From a virus (lineage: Duplodnaviria > Caudoviricetes): 64,000 bases of DNA. Positions 18,771 through 28,337 of the stretch are shown here, in pieces (position 1 is the first letter of the stretch; every line of letters starts with the position of its first letter). Both the position numbers and the translations under genes were made by a program. The notes below the pieces were generated by a model that was not told the DNA's origin, did not search any database, and saw only the letters and a list, made by a program, of their open reading frames with translations. The DNA lies in IMG/VR virus record IMGVR_UViG_3300025944_000010, positions 3,069 through 67,068 of that record. The stretch is one strand, 5' to 3'.

Positions 18771-18952
18771 TAGATTTAAAAACGTATCACAGTGAAGCTA
18801 TTACACTGATAGAAAGCAGAAAGCGGATAGTTGAATCAGCGGAACTGATTGTTTGGGAATGCAGGGAACGTGAAAAGTTTCAAACCAAAGAATGTTTAGT
18901 AATGGCTATCAACTGCATGGCTTATGCAAAGGTGATTTTAGGATATGTCTAG
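18767..18952 (+). CDS. Hypothetical protein
   Basis: Overlap-coupled ORF between tape measure and next gene. Confidence 0.5.
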   Translation: MIDLKTYHSEAITLIESRKRIVESAELIVWECREREKFQTKECLVMAINCMAYAKVILGYV

Positions 18953-19478
18953 TCCTGTAATAACTCCGGTATCGATCAAACTCCCGCGTTCAATTGGAAC
19001 CATTACCTTTGATGCGGTAGTCGAGGAGAGGCACGAAGATAGATGGGTGATGACAGATCAGCCCGTAGAAGTGGGCAGCACGGTTACAGATCATATTTAC
19101 AAACTTCCGGCATCGCTAGATATTACGGCGGTTACTTCCATGGGAAGCCCACAGAACAAAACTCAGGATGTGTCATTTCTAAAAACGCTGTACAGTAGTT
19201 TGCTTGCGTTAGGTGGGGTATTGCTTCCAGTACAGACCGGAAAAAGAATTTACAAAAACATGGCAATAGAAACCTTGCGCGTGAATACCGATAAGCAGAA
19301 TGAAAATTGGTTAAGCGTAACGATTTCATTGCAGGAAATATTACTGGCTACTACTACGCTGGTAACGGTTACACCGATGGAGAATCAGGCATTGCCCGAG
19401 CGCACGGCGGCAACGGTAAATCAAGGGCCAGTAAACGTACAACCTGCGCCAAATTTCAACTTACCGCCTACTCCGTAA
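18945..19478 (+). CDS. Baseplate / tail-tube initiator (Dit-like) protein
   Basis: RSIG.I.FDAVVEE.H.D...TD.PVE.GS..TDH motif. Confidence 0.8.
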   Translation: MSSPVITPVSIKLPRSIGTITFDAVVEERHEDRWVMTDQPVEVGSTVTDHIYKLPASLDITAVTSMGSPQNKTQDVSFLKTLYSSLLALGGVLLPVQTGKRIYKNMAIETLRVNTDKQNENWLSVTISLQEILLATTTLVTVTPMENQALPERTAATVNQGPVNVQPAPNFNLPPTP

Positions 19479-19547
19479 AAAGTCTTGCAGTAAGACTCCA
19501 GTCTGTATTAAAATGATAACCATGACGCAACCAGCGAAGGAAAGAGG

Positions 19548-19790
19548 GTGAAGCCAATGATGAAAAAGACAGACCACTCATTGTTCTCAAAGATTACGAT
19601 AGCCTTGTTAGGTGTGCTGACGGTAACTACGTTGTCGTGCAACAGAAAAACAGCCATATCCTTACAGGGTCAGAAATCACCAACACCTGTATTAAATACA
19701 ACGGTATCTACAAAAACTACAAAATCGGAATCCTTCAGTCCGAGTGAGCTAGGTCTTAATTACGCCGCGTTCACTGACACCGATAGGTGA
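19548..19790 (+). CDS. Small putative lipoprotein (moron)
   Basis: Hydrophobic N-terminus with TLS|C lipobox-like site; flanked by palindromes 19482 and 19832. Confidence 0.5.
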   Translation: MKPMMKKTDHSLFSKITIALLGVLTVTTLSCNRKTAISLQGQKSPTPVLNTTVSTKTTKSESFSPSELGLNYAAFTDTDR

Positions 19791-19888
19791 ACAGGGCGAA
19801 GGTATCGGTAATTTTTTTAAATACACAAAAAGTCTCTCTGTAAGACAAAGTATTGCTACAATCTAAAGCGTGTTTATTACTCCCGTAG

Positions 19889-22057
19889 TTGCAGAGATAC
19901 GTTTTAGCGATGATAACTAAAAAAGTTTCCGACTTTACTACACACAACGTCTCTAGTCCTGCCAACTACACTCAAGCCAACAATCCTCTGATGTTTTCCG
20001 GCAACACCAATCATGATGGTGTAGTGTCTGCGGTCGATCCTACTCTCATGGATGACAGTGAGAACGCAGCTAGTCCTATGGTCGTCTCAAAGGAGAGTAT
20101 CAGGACACTGATGCCCGTAGGCTGGGCGGGAAGAATGGCAATTCATGCACAGTTATGGTGGGGATTAACGAGTCATCCCAATATCGGGATGAATATGAGA
20201 GACCTGCCAACCATGACCGGGATATGCGCTGACTTAGTAGCGCGTGGTTTTGATTTTTTAATTGCAGACTGGTATCACTACACAATAACGACAGTATTAA
20301 ACGATGCAAGCCTAAACATCCTAGCGTCAGCGTGTCTTGCTACAGGGTTGAATTTTGCAATTATGATTGACGAGCAATTTTTTGGTAAGCAAGGCAGTAC
20401 ACCTGCTACTGAGCAAGCTGACATTATAAGTGCTATAAATCACTTGCTAGATAACTATGCAAGTCATCCTAGGTATGAGCACTATGTATACAATGGCGTT
20501 TCCAGACCTATAATTGCTCTTTGGGATGTCGCAAGTGTAGCGGGAAGCAATGTAAATTGGTCTACTGTAAAATCTTCCATTGCATCTCATGGCAATCCAC
20601 TGGTGATTCAATATCAGGCAAGCGGTTTTTCGGTTGCGGGGAGCGATGGAGCCTTAGCGTGGGTCGATACTAACGCGGATACTACTTTAGTACCATCAGG
20701 CACAAACTATCTCACGAATTCATTCTTGCCTGCTGCTGCTGCCAATCCCACGAAGATAAATATTAGCTCCTTCATTAAGGGCTTCAACGGAACAGACACT
20801 AAAAGTACAAGCTGGTCTTTGGGAAAATACCTAGCCCAAAGGCAAGGACAGACGTTCTTAGACTGGATAGCGGTTAACGCCGCATGGTCGCTCACTCACA
20901 GACTTGACATACTGGCTGGATTGACTCTTGATGATTACCAAGAGGGCACTGCATTACAATGCGGAATCCGAACAGACGTTACATGTACTGCCTCTGCGGT
21001 AGGAAATCTTATAAGTTTCAGCATAACCGGGAACGAGAATACAGTTCGCAAGTACAACCTATGGGGTACAGTCAATGGAGTGGATGTAGGTTTATATGCC
21101 AGCGTATTTCCCGGAGCTACAAAGCAATTTGATCTTGCCTCATTAGGTCTAGACCTAGGGGTTTCATATACGTTTTACATCGAAGTTCAGTCGATGCCAA
21201 TGCTACAAAACCACATGGCACCGCAGACCTTCACGTACTTTGTAGCATTACCATCTCCTCCTGATATAAGTTTTATTCTTAGTGCGGATGTCGGCATGGA
21301 TGGGATTGTTGGTGCAGCATCCCCGTTGCTAACGGTTTCTCTGGTAGAAAGCAATATACAACCCCAAATTAGCATACCCGCAGTCATAGAGATTCCGCTT
21401 CAACCTACTCCGCAGCTTCTAGGTGTTACTCTAAATTCCATAGACTACAAATTGCGCGTAGTCTGGAACGATCAAAACCAATCATGGGTAATGGACATCA
21501 TGGATGCAAACAATAATGCAATAGCCATGGGATTGCCGCTGGTTACGTCCAATGATTTACTTGAGCAACTGGAATATTTAGGGATAGGTGGGCAGATGTT
21601 AGTACAGACGGATTTCTATACTACCGATGTGCCAACATTTGAAAATTTGGGAAGCACAGGGCATCTATATTTTGCTTCAGCCGGAATACCAATAGTGTCA
21701 AGTAGTGGATTTCCGCAGGTAAGCCAAGGGTCTACTTCGCCATCATCTTCTGGCCTTCCATTTAGCACTATTCCATTTTCGGCCACACCTGTATTTGCGG
21801 GTTTGCCTAATACGGACATGGTTTTCCAGATTACGCTTACAGGAAATGTGACATCTTCCACAATTACAGGATTGACGGCTGGAGCGCACGTTACGTTTAT
21901 TATCATTCAGGATGATGCAGGAAGCAGAACATTTGCGTGGCCATCAAACGTACAGAATGCTCAGACCGTAGGAACGTCCCCCAACGAAAGAGATGTGCAG
22001 GAATTTGTGTGGGATGGCTCGAACGCATGGCCAATTTCTATGATGACGAATAACTAA
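19889..22057 (+). CDS. Fusion: glycoside hydrolase-like domain + baseplate plug-like domain + adaptor module
   Basis: GH-like paralog to ~21240; EIPL.P..Q...VTL....Y.L...WND....W.MDI.D...GLPLV...DLLEQ..YLG.GG baseplate domain 21383-21673; FSATPVF..ITLTGNVTSSTIT module from 21770. Confidence 0.72.
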   Translation: MQRYVLAMITKKVSDFTTHNVSSPANYTQANNPLMFSGNTNHDGVVSAVDPTLMDDSENAASPMVVSKESIRTLMPVGWAGRMAIHAQLWWGLTSHPNIGMNMRDLPTMTGICADLVARGFDFLIADWYHYTITTVLNDASLNILASACLATGLNFAIMIDEQFFGKQGSTPATEQADIISAINHLLDNYASHPRYEHYVYNGVSRPIIALWDVASVAGSNVNWSTVKSSIASHGNPLVIQYQASGFSVAGSDGALAWVDTNADTTLVPSGTNYLTNSFLPAAAANPTKINISSFIKGFNGTDTKSTSWSLGKYLAQRQGQTFLDWIAVNAAWSLTHRLDILAGLTLDDYQEGTALQCGIRTDVTCTASAVGNLISFSITGNENTVRKYNLWGTVNGVDVGLYASVFPGATKQFDLASLGLDLGVSYTFYIEVQSMPMLQNHMAPQTFTYFVALPSPPDISFILSADVGMDGIVGAASPLLTVSLVESNIQPQISIPAVIEIPLQPTPQLLGVTLNSIDYKLRVVWNDQNQSWVMDIMDANNNAIAMGLPLVTSNDLLEQLEYLGIGGQMLVQTDFYTTDVPTFENLGSTGHLYFASAGIPIVSSSGFPQVSQGSTSPSSSGLPFSTIPFSATPVFAGLPNTDMVFQITLTGNVTSSTITGLTAGAHVTFIIIQDDAGSRTFAWPSNVQNAQTVGTSPNERDVQEFVWDGSNAWPISMMTNN

Positions 22058-23719
22058 ATGAAAAAAATACTAGCTATCGCCCTGCTGTTACTTGCTTCCC
22101 TAGCTGCCATAGGTCAGACCAACATCACTGCGAACAATGGAACATTTACAGGATACTTAACTGTATCGTCTCGCTTTCGAGACTGTCGCAAGGATGGCCC
22201 ACTTGATCCAACGAATACAAATGATGCTGCTGCTACGCTAAATCTTTGTTTCCTGAATGCCTTTATCAATGGGCAAGAGGTATACATTCCTTCCGGCTTC
22301 TATAACATCAGCAGCGCAAATCTAAATCTAGCTAACGCCTTCGGTATCAGGGTACATGGAGAATCTTCCATAGTTGCATATTCTGGAAATAACCCTGTAT
22401 GGGGTACGGTGTTCATGTGCAATCGCGGAAGTACAACGGCATGTGTAGAGATGGAAGGTTCTCAGTATGCGGAATTCGACCATATTACCGTGCTGCAAAA
22501 TGGGTGCATAGGCGGCAAGTGTATTACTACTCCTACAGGTATTGGCGTGATATGGGGGCGAGACGATTCACTAAACGGTCTCGGCGGGAGTACTAGCGCA
22601 GGGCATGGTGGAAGTAACAACTTCTGTTTTCAGACTGGCGTAAGAATGCACGATGTAGCTATCGCCAATCTTGGAACCCCAAATAACGCTCTCAATGGTA
22701 CACGCGGGTATGTCAATTTTTACAATGCTGGTGGGGCTGAAAATGCAGGAATGGAAAATGTGACATTCTACGGCGGCACTCAAGTAGTTTTGGCGGATAG
22801 TGATGTGATTGGGCCGACAGGAACCTACTACCCGCTTGCTGTGGGATGCGCCAACTCAATGACCGAGTTTACGTTTTTGAATACTAATTTTCTTTCGGAC
22901 GCTAACCTCACAAGTCCTTACCCGAACATAGAATCCGACAATGCCCAGAATATCAACATCATCAATGGCCAGTTTATAGGCGGTAGCGCAGCGGTATTAG
23001 GTAAAGGCACTGGCGCTTTTAATATGTGGAATATCACCGGAGCGCAGGAAAGTACGGCCACTCCAAGTTACTTTATTAATCTTGCTGCTGGCGCTGCCCC
23101 TCCCCGTGATTTCTACGTCCACGTAGAGGGTGGGCCTAAGACTGCTATGGTAAATGCAACTACCAATGGCACTACTTTTGTTGGCGATAAATTTATCTGG
23201 AACACAGACGACCTTACTCATCCACCATTTACTAACACTGCTACAGGTCAGACTTTCCAAGGCGGGACGCTGGTCAGTGGGGCGACATCAATCAGTTTAA
23301 GCAATGTGCTGATACTAGGGAGTGATGTTACTACTCCGCTGGCAGCACATACCAATGTTGCATTTTCTCCTTTCTCAGCATATACCTTGCACAGTAACGA
23401 TGGCACAACTAACTTCGGCCAGCAGTTTGTAGGCATTGGCGGCACAGGCAAAACAATCGTGCAAGAATCCAGCGTTAGTACAGGTTCAATATCTGCCACA
23501 ACTAGAGCCGAAGTGTTGTTGACTTGGGGAGCCACAATGGGAGACTCGAATTACAAAGTGCAATGCAGCGTACAGGATTCAACTACAGCGGCAGGAACGC
23601 AGGGACTTACATTTGAGCGCATCAAAACATTATCGGCAACTCAGGTAGGTGCTGTCATAAATAATCCCACAGCAGGAGCACTTACCGGAACGGTGTTCTG
23701 TACAGGTACACACCCATAA
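22058..23719 (+). CDS. Signal-peptide-bearing tailspike-like beta-helix protein with H-lectin-like C-terminus
   Basis: MKKILAIALLLLASLAAIG|Q; pectate-lyase-3-like start (D...ND.A..LN.......G.EVYIPSG.Y); C-terminal TW...M.DSNY.V.C motif. Confidence 0.72.
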   Translation: MKKILAIALLLLASLAAIGQTNITANNGTFTGYLTVSSRFRDCRKDGPLDPTNTNDAAATLNLCFLNAFINGQEVYIPSGFYNISSANLNLANAFGIRVHGESSIVAYSGNNPVWGTVFMCNRGSTTACVEMEGSQYAEFDHITVLQNGCIGGKCITTPTGIGVIWGRDDSLNGLGGSTSAGHGGSNNFCFQTGVRMHDVAIANLGTPNNALNGTRGYVNFYNAGGAENAGMENVTFYGGTQVVLADSDVIGPTGTYYPLAVGCANSMTEFTFLNTNFLSDANLTSPYPNIESDNAQNINIINGQFIGGSAAVLGKGTGAFNMWNITGAQESTATPSYFINLAAGAAPPRDFYVHVEGGPKTAMVNATTNGTTFVGDKFIWNTDDLTHPPFTNTATGQTFQGGTLVSGATSISLSNVLILGSDVTTPLAAHTNVAFSPFSAYTLHSNDGTTNFGQQFVGIGGTGKTIVQESSVSTGSISATTRAEVLLTWGATMGDSNYKVQCSVQDSTTAAGTQGLTFERIKTLSATQVGAVINNPTAGALTGTVFCTGTHP

Positions 23720-23869
23720 AAAGTCTTACTGTCATACAAAATATTATTGATAACTGTGATAATGTAACAAGCGTCTGGATTTAAGCTTTCGGAAAACCTT
23801 AAGCAATGAATACTCCATCTATTCCGTATCGGTCTTTCCTAGGTCAATTCCAGCGCAAAGCAGGGCATT

Positions 23870-24880
23870 GTGGGAACTAATAGCAATGCATTATTTGGAC
23901 GCTCTGCCAAGCTAATCGTGTCCAATGAGCAAGCTATAACCGATCAAGGTAGCGGAGTAGTAACGCAGCCAACGGGCAAGGGTGTAGACCTATCGCAATT
24001 ACGCTTTACGTTTGAAATCAAGAATGGAGATTTTGAGACTCCGAACACGGCGGTAATCCGCGTTTACAACTTGAACCAAAACACGCGCAAGGAAATCATC
24101 AATGAATTTGATACGGTAACGCTTCAGGCCGGATACCAAAGCAATATAGGAATAATATTTCGGGGAACCATTAAGCAGTTTGTGGCAGGTAAAGATAGGA
24201 ACGTAGATAGCTTTTTAGAGATTAGGGCAGCGGATGGCGACCCCGCATATAACTTTGGATTGTTTGGGAATGGAGCAGGAGTAACGCTGAATGCTCCGTG
24301 GAATTCATCCCAACTACTCGATAAGGTAAGCGAAGCGTTTAATCTTCCATTGGATAATAACGCGAAGGATGTAATCGCCAGAAGCGGAGGAGTGAATGTC
24401 GCGCAGGTTAGAGGAAAAACAAGTTTTGGACTGGCAAGAGCAGCAGCAAGTAATCTGGCGGCAACTGCAAGCGCAAGATTTTCAATTCAAAATGGTGTAG
24501 TAACTTTCATTCCACTAACAGGATATTTGCCGGGGCAAGCGGTACAGATAAACAGTCTCACTGGAATGGTTGGAAATCCCAATACCACGGACAACGGAAT
24601 TGAGGTAACATGCTTGCTCAATCCATTGATTAAAATTGGTGGACAGATTCAGATAAACGAAGGCGACATAACGGAAACGATCATTCGAGAGCGCGTAGGA
24701 TTTGAGGCAATCGCGGGAATCGCGCCATTTATTGCAGACGCTACGGAGAGAGGATTTTACAGAGTGCTGGTAGCGGAGCATTCAGGAGACACAAGAGGGC
24801 AGGACTGGTACACAAAGATTACAGCATTAAGCCTCGATCCATCGGCCAGCCCCAAAAATGCAGTGAAAGCGTATGGGTGA
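23870..24880 (+). CDS. Baseplate hub protein
   Basis: DLSQLRF.FEI, TPNTA.IRVYNL, LQAGY...G.IF.G.I, G.P..T..GI.V.CLLNP motifs. Confidence 0.85.
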   Translation: MGTNSNALFGRSAKLIVSNEQAITDQGSGVVTQPTGKGVDLSQLRFTFEIKNGDFETPNTAVIRVYNLNQNTRKEIINEFDTVTLQAGYQSNIGIIFRGTIKQFVAGKDRNVDSFLEIRAADGDPAYNFGLFGNGAGVTLNAPWNSSQLLDKVSEAFNLPLDNNAKDVIARSGGVNVAQVRGKTSFGLARAAASNLAATASARFSIQNGVVTFIPLTGYLPGQAVQINSLTGMVGNPNTTDNGIEVTCLLNPLIKIGGQIQINEGDITETIIRERVGFEAIAGIAPFIADATERGFYRVLVAEHSGDTRGQDWYTKITALSLDPSASPKNAVKAYG

Positions 24881-25057
24881 AATTTTGAATCAACAAGAAA
24901 TAGATTCTCTAGTCGAGGCGGCAATATATGTATTCAGTCATGCCCCACTGTCGTGTTTTGTTCCTGAGATGATTGGATGGAAAATAAAGGCCAATGTAAT
25001 TTGGGTGTTTACCGAAAGAGATTACAGGGCAGATAATTAGTCTTACCGTCATACAAA

Positions 25058-25729
25058 ATGCTTCAATCTGAGCGCGTAAATAGTTTCTCTGAATCTCTAA
25101 GATTGGCCCTTAAAGGCCAAAGTCTAATCACATGGGTTGCACTTCCAGCCATCATTCAGTCGTTTGACCCCATTAAATGCACTTGTGTCGCGCAACCAGC
25201 AATTCAGGCTCTCGTAAGGCAGAGTGACGGAACGCAGCAATATGTGAATATACCTCTACTTGTGGATGTTCCAGTATGCTTCCCGAACGCTGGAATTTTC
25301 ATACTGTCTTTTCCTGTAATGAATGGCGATGAAGCACTGGTAATTTTCTCGGACAGATGCATAGATAATTGGTGGAACTCAGGGGGAATACAACCTCAAG
25401 TAACGAGTCAAGGCGTAGGAGAATTACGCTTCCATGATCTAAGCGACGGATTCGCTTTCATCGGGCCTTTCAGTAAGCCAAACGTTCCGGCAAACATCAG
25501 CACAAACACAGTTCAGCTACGTACAAAAGATGGTGCAACGTATCTGGAAATTGATGGCTCTGGAAATTGCAATATCAAGGCCAACGTAAACATCACAGGA
25601 AACCTTGTAGTGAGCGGTACGACTACAGGAACAGGCGACGGACAGTTTAACGGTATTCACGTTTCAGCGCATCATCATCCGGGTATCCAGCCGGGAGGCG
25701 GGAATACGGGGGAGCCGATTGATGGCTAA
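25058..25729 (+). CDS. Baseplate central spike (Gp138-like)
   Basis: PAIIQSFD, LLVDVPV.FP, GDE.LV.F.DRCID.WW..G, R.HDLSDGFA; terminal HHH metal-binding motif. Confidence 0.88.
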   Translation: MLQSERVNSFSESLRLALKGQSLITWVALPAIIQSFDPIKCTCVAQPAIQALVRQSDGTQQYVNIPLLVDVPVCFPNAGIFILSFPVMNGDEALVIFSDRCIDNWWNSGGIQPQVTSQGVGELRFHDLSDGFAFIGPFSKPNVPANISTNTVQLRTKDGATYLEIDGSGNCNIKANVNITGNLVVSGTTTGTGDGQFNGIHVSAHHHPGIQPGGGNTGEPIDG

Positions 25730-25949
25730 AAAAGTCTCACCGCAAGACTCGAAACCAACATTAAAAACTGTGGAAGTCCTTCCTTCGTGTGGCTGCACAT
25801 GGAAACCAAATCCACATACTCACAATGGAAAGGCTACTGATGAATGGAATTGGGAAGCCACTCATGCAATTTGGGCCAAAGAAAAGCCAGTCGTTAGTAG
25901 AAAGTTTATTTACGCAAAATACAAATATGCTCATCTTGTTCCGAGATAG
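25719..25949 (+). CDS. Hypothetical protein
   Basis: Short ORF; palindrome 25734 is encoded in its first codons. Confidence 0.45.
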   Translation: MMAKKVSPQDSKPTLKTVEVLPSCGCTWKPNPHTHNGKATDEWNWEATHAIWAKEKPVVSRKFIYAKYKYAHLVPR

Positions 25950-26049
25950 GGTGTACAATTAAATCTACAATCCGGATAACAAGGGAACCGTAATGGACTC
26001 ATAGCAAAACAAAGCGTGAGTCCATTTCATTGTTTGCTATAATCTCGCC

Positions 26050-26421
26050 ATGCGAGTGAGAGCGTTAACAGCAACGGGCGACTATAGCTATGGCCAAGGG
26101 TCAGCAAACTACCTAGTTGATTCACGTGCTGCTGTAGCTCAAGAGGTAATGACCACGCTGCTGCTGTTTCAGGGCGAATGGTTTCTGGATACAACTGCTG
26201 GCGTTCCGTGGCTAACAAAAGTTACAGGAGTAAATACGATTACGCTGTACGATCAGGTAATCAAGGATGCAATATTAAACGTGCAAGGTGTGACGGCAAT
26301 TGTAAACTACTCAAGCACACTGAATCGGGCTACAAGGGCATTATCGGTATCAGCTACGATTGATACGCAGTTTGGAATTACTCAAGTACAGGTATTTTTG
26401 CCAACTACGAGCATTCAATGA
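26050..26421 (+). CDS. Baseplate wedge subunit (gp25-like)
   Basis: MRVRAL...GDYS.G, AVAQ.V.T.L.LF.GEWFLD...G.PW motif. Confidence 0.88.
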   Translation: MRVRALTATGDYSYGQGSANYLVDSRAAVAQEVMTTLLLFQGEWFLDTTAGVPWLTKVTGVNTITLYDQVIKDAILNVQGVTAIVNYSSTLNRATRALSVSATIDTQFGITQVQVFLPTTSIQ

Positions 26422-27605
26422 GCGGAGTTCTAGCTACCTACGCCTGTACTATCAATCCAAATGGAATAACTTCGCCATCCTATAACGACATCCTGCAAAG
26501 CATGATTGCGCAAAAGCAGTCAATCTTTGGTTCTGACATTTCATTGCAGCCGGGAGATCAGGACTATCAAGACTTAGCAATTAGAGCCTTGGCAATTTTC
26601 GATTCCAACCAAGCCACGATTGCAGCCTATAACAGTTTCATGCCGACATTCGCGCAGGGCGTGAGCTTGAGTGTGCTGGTAAAAATCAATGGCTTACAAC
26701 GGTTGATATCTGGCCCAAGTACAGCAGTGCTTACCGTAGCAGGTGTAGTAGGAACGCAGATAATAAATGGAGTGGCGCAGGATATTAATGGAAACCTATG
26801 GAACCTGCCCGTTCTTGTAATCATCCCGTTAAGTGGAAGCATAAATGTAACTGCATCTTGTCAAACGTTTGGGGCAATCGGGGCATCGGCCAATACAATA
26901 AATCAAATTTTCAATCCGCAACTAGGCTGGCAATCGGTAAACAACGCGCTAGGAGCCGTTCAGGGCGCACCAGTTGAGACGGATGCAGCTTTACGTCAGA
27001 GGCAGACTATCAGCGTCTCATTGCCAGCCCTAACGCCATTGCAGAGCATCTCAGCGGCCATTGCACAGGTGGCAGGGGTCACGGAGTCGATTGTTTACGA
27101 AAATCCCACAAATGGAGTTGACACCAATGGATTACCGCCTCATTCAATTTCTGCCGTAGTAGCAGGAGGAGCGGCAACCGATATTGCTGCCGTGATTGAA
27201 AAAACAAAGTCTTTAGGTACAGGGACATTTGGCAGTACAAGCGTAATAGTGATTGATCCTGTAGGCTTGCCGATAACGATTAACTATTACGTTCTGGTAC
27301 AGGCTCCAATTTTTGTATCGCTTACTATCAAAACACTGACTGGTTATGTTAGTTCTACTGCTACAGCAATTCAGAATGCGATAGTAAACTTCATAAACTC
27401 ACTGAGCATCGGGCAAGCGGTAAGAATAAATTGGGTCAATGCAGCAGCCCAGATGATTAGCAATCCGGCATTAGGTGAGACATTTGAAGTAATTGCCCTG
27501 ACTCAGGGATTTTCAGCTTTGCCAACTGGTACGACAGATTTAATTATTCCATTCAATCAAGAAGCGATTTGTGTAGCAGGAAACATATTGCTTACTGTAA
27601 CCTAG
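26418..27605 (+). CDS. Baseplate J-like protein
   Basis: GI..PSY.DIL, QG..LS.LVKINGL.R, G...ETDA.LR.RQ, NGLPPHSI..VV.GG motifs. Confidence 0.9.
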   Translation: MSGVLATYACTINPNGITSPSYNDILQSMIAQKQSIFGSDISLQPGDQDYQDLAIRALAIFDSNQATIAAYNSFMPTFAQGVSLSVLVKINGLQRLISGPSTAVLTVAGVVGTQIINGVAQDINGNLWNLPVLVIIPLSGSINVTASCQTFGAIGASANTINQIFNPQLGWQSVNNALGAVQGAPVETDAALRQRQTISVSLPALTPLQSISAAIAQVAGVTESIVYENPTNGVDTNGLPPHSISAVVAGGAATDIAAVIEKTKSLGTGTFGSTSVIVIDPVGLPITINYYVLVQAPIFVSLTIKTLTGYVSSTATAIQNAIVNFINSLSIGQAVRINWVNAAAQMISNPALGETFEVIALTQGFSALPTGTTDLIIPFNQEAICVAGNILLTVT

Positions 27606-27642
27606 AAAAGTCTCACCGTAAGACAAAAAGAGGAAAATAAAA

Positions 27643-28305
27643 ATGAACTACGGATTGAATCCAGAATCAAACATGGCCGCATCTCTAACCGCGAATGCGG
27701 GACTAAAACTCAATTCGTCGTTCAATAACATTTATCGCTTTGAATGTCTGAGACGGCCAGAGGGATGCTCTTGTATTGGATGCCAGAACTATAGCCATGT
27801 CGATCCGGACTCAATTTCAGAAGTGGCGTATTCCGCATTGACAAGGTGCGAGAAATCCTATGCGGCATGGGTTGAAGAAGTCCACAACATAGTTACGACC
27901 GAAGGAAAGAACGATCATCTTACGCAATACTTCAAAGGCTCTGCTTATACGGCGTCGTTCTTTATTGGCTTGGTAAACAATGCCGGATTTACAACTTATT
28001 CAGCGGGTGACACGGCAGCACAAATAGGCGGCACGAATGGATGGGCCGAAGCCACTCCATATTCCAACTCTACTCGCGTAGCTTGGGTTGGTGGCACGGC
28101 ATCAGGTGGAACGATTGATAATAGTGGCTCAGTAGCGGTGTTTAATATAAATTTGACCCTAACCGTTAGAGGTGGATTCTTAGCCACCAGCAGCACTAAA
28201 AATGGAACTACTGGAAAGCTATATGGAGCAGTTGATTTCTCTGCTGCCCGTTCCGTAGTGAGTGGAGATACTCTACAGGTAACCGCATCGCTATCCTTGG
28301 TATAA
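27643..28305 (+). CDS. Tail/baseplate-associated structural protein
   Basis: N.VT.EG.N, FIGL, EA..YS..TR.AW, G.L....F...R.V..GDTL.VT pattern seen in tail-fibre-base proteins. Confidence 0.6.
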   Translation: MNYGLNPESNMAASLTANAGLKLNSSFNNIYRFECLRRPEGCSCIGCQNYSHVDPDSISEVAYSALTRCEKSYAAWVEEVHNIVTTEGKNDHLTQYFKGSAYTASFFIGLVNNAGFTTYSAGDTAAQIGGTNGWAEATPYSNSTRVAWVGGTASGGTIDNSGSVAVFNINLTLTVRGGFLATSSTKNGTTGKLYGAVDFSAARSVVSGDTLQVTASLSLV

Positions 28306-28337
28306 AAACCTAAAGGGCTTGAAAGGGAGATAACTAT

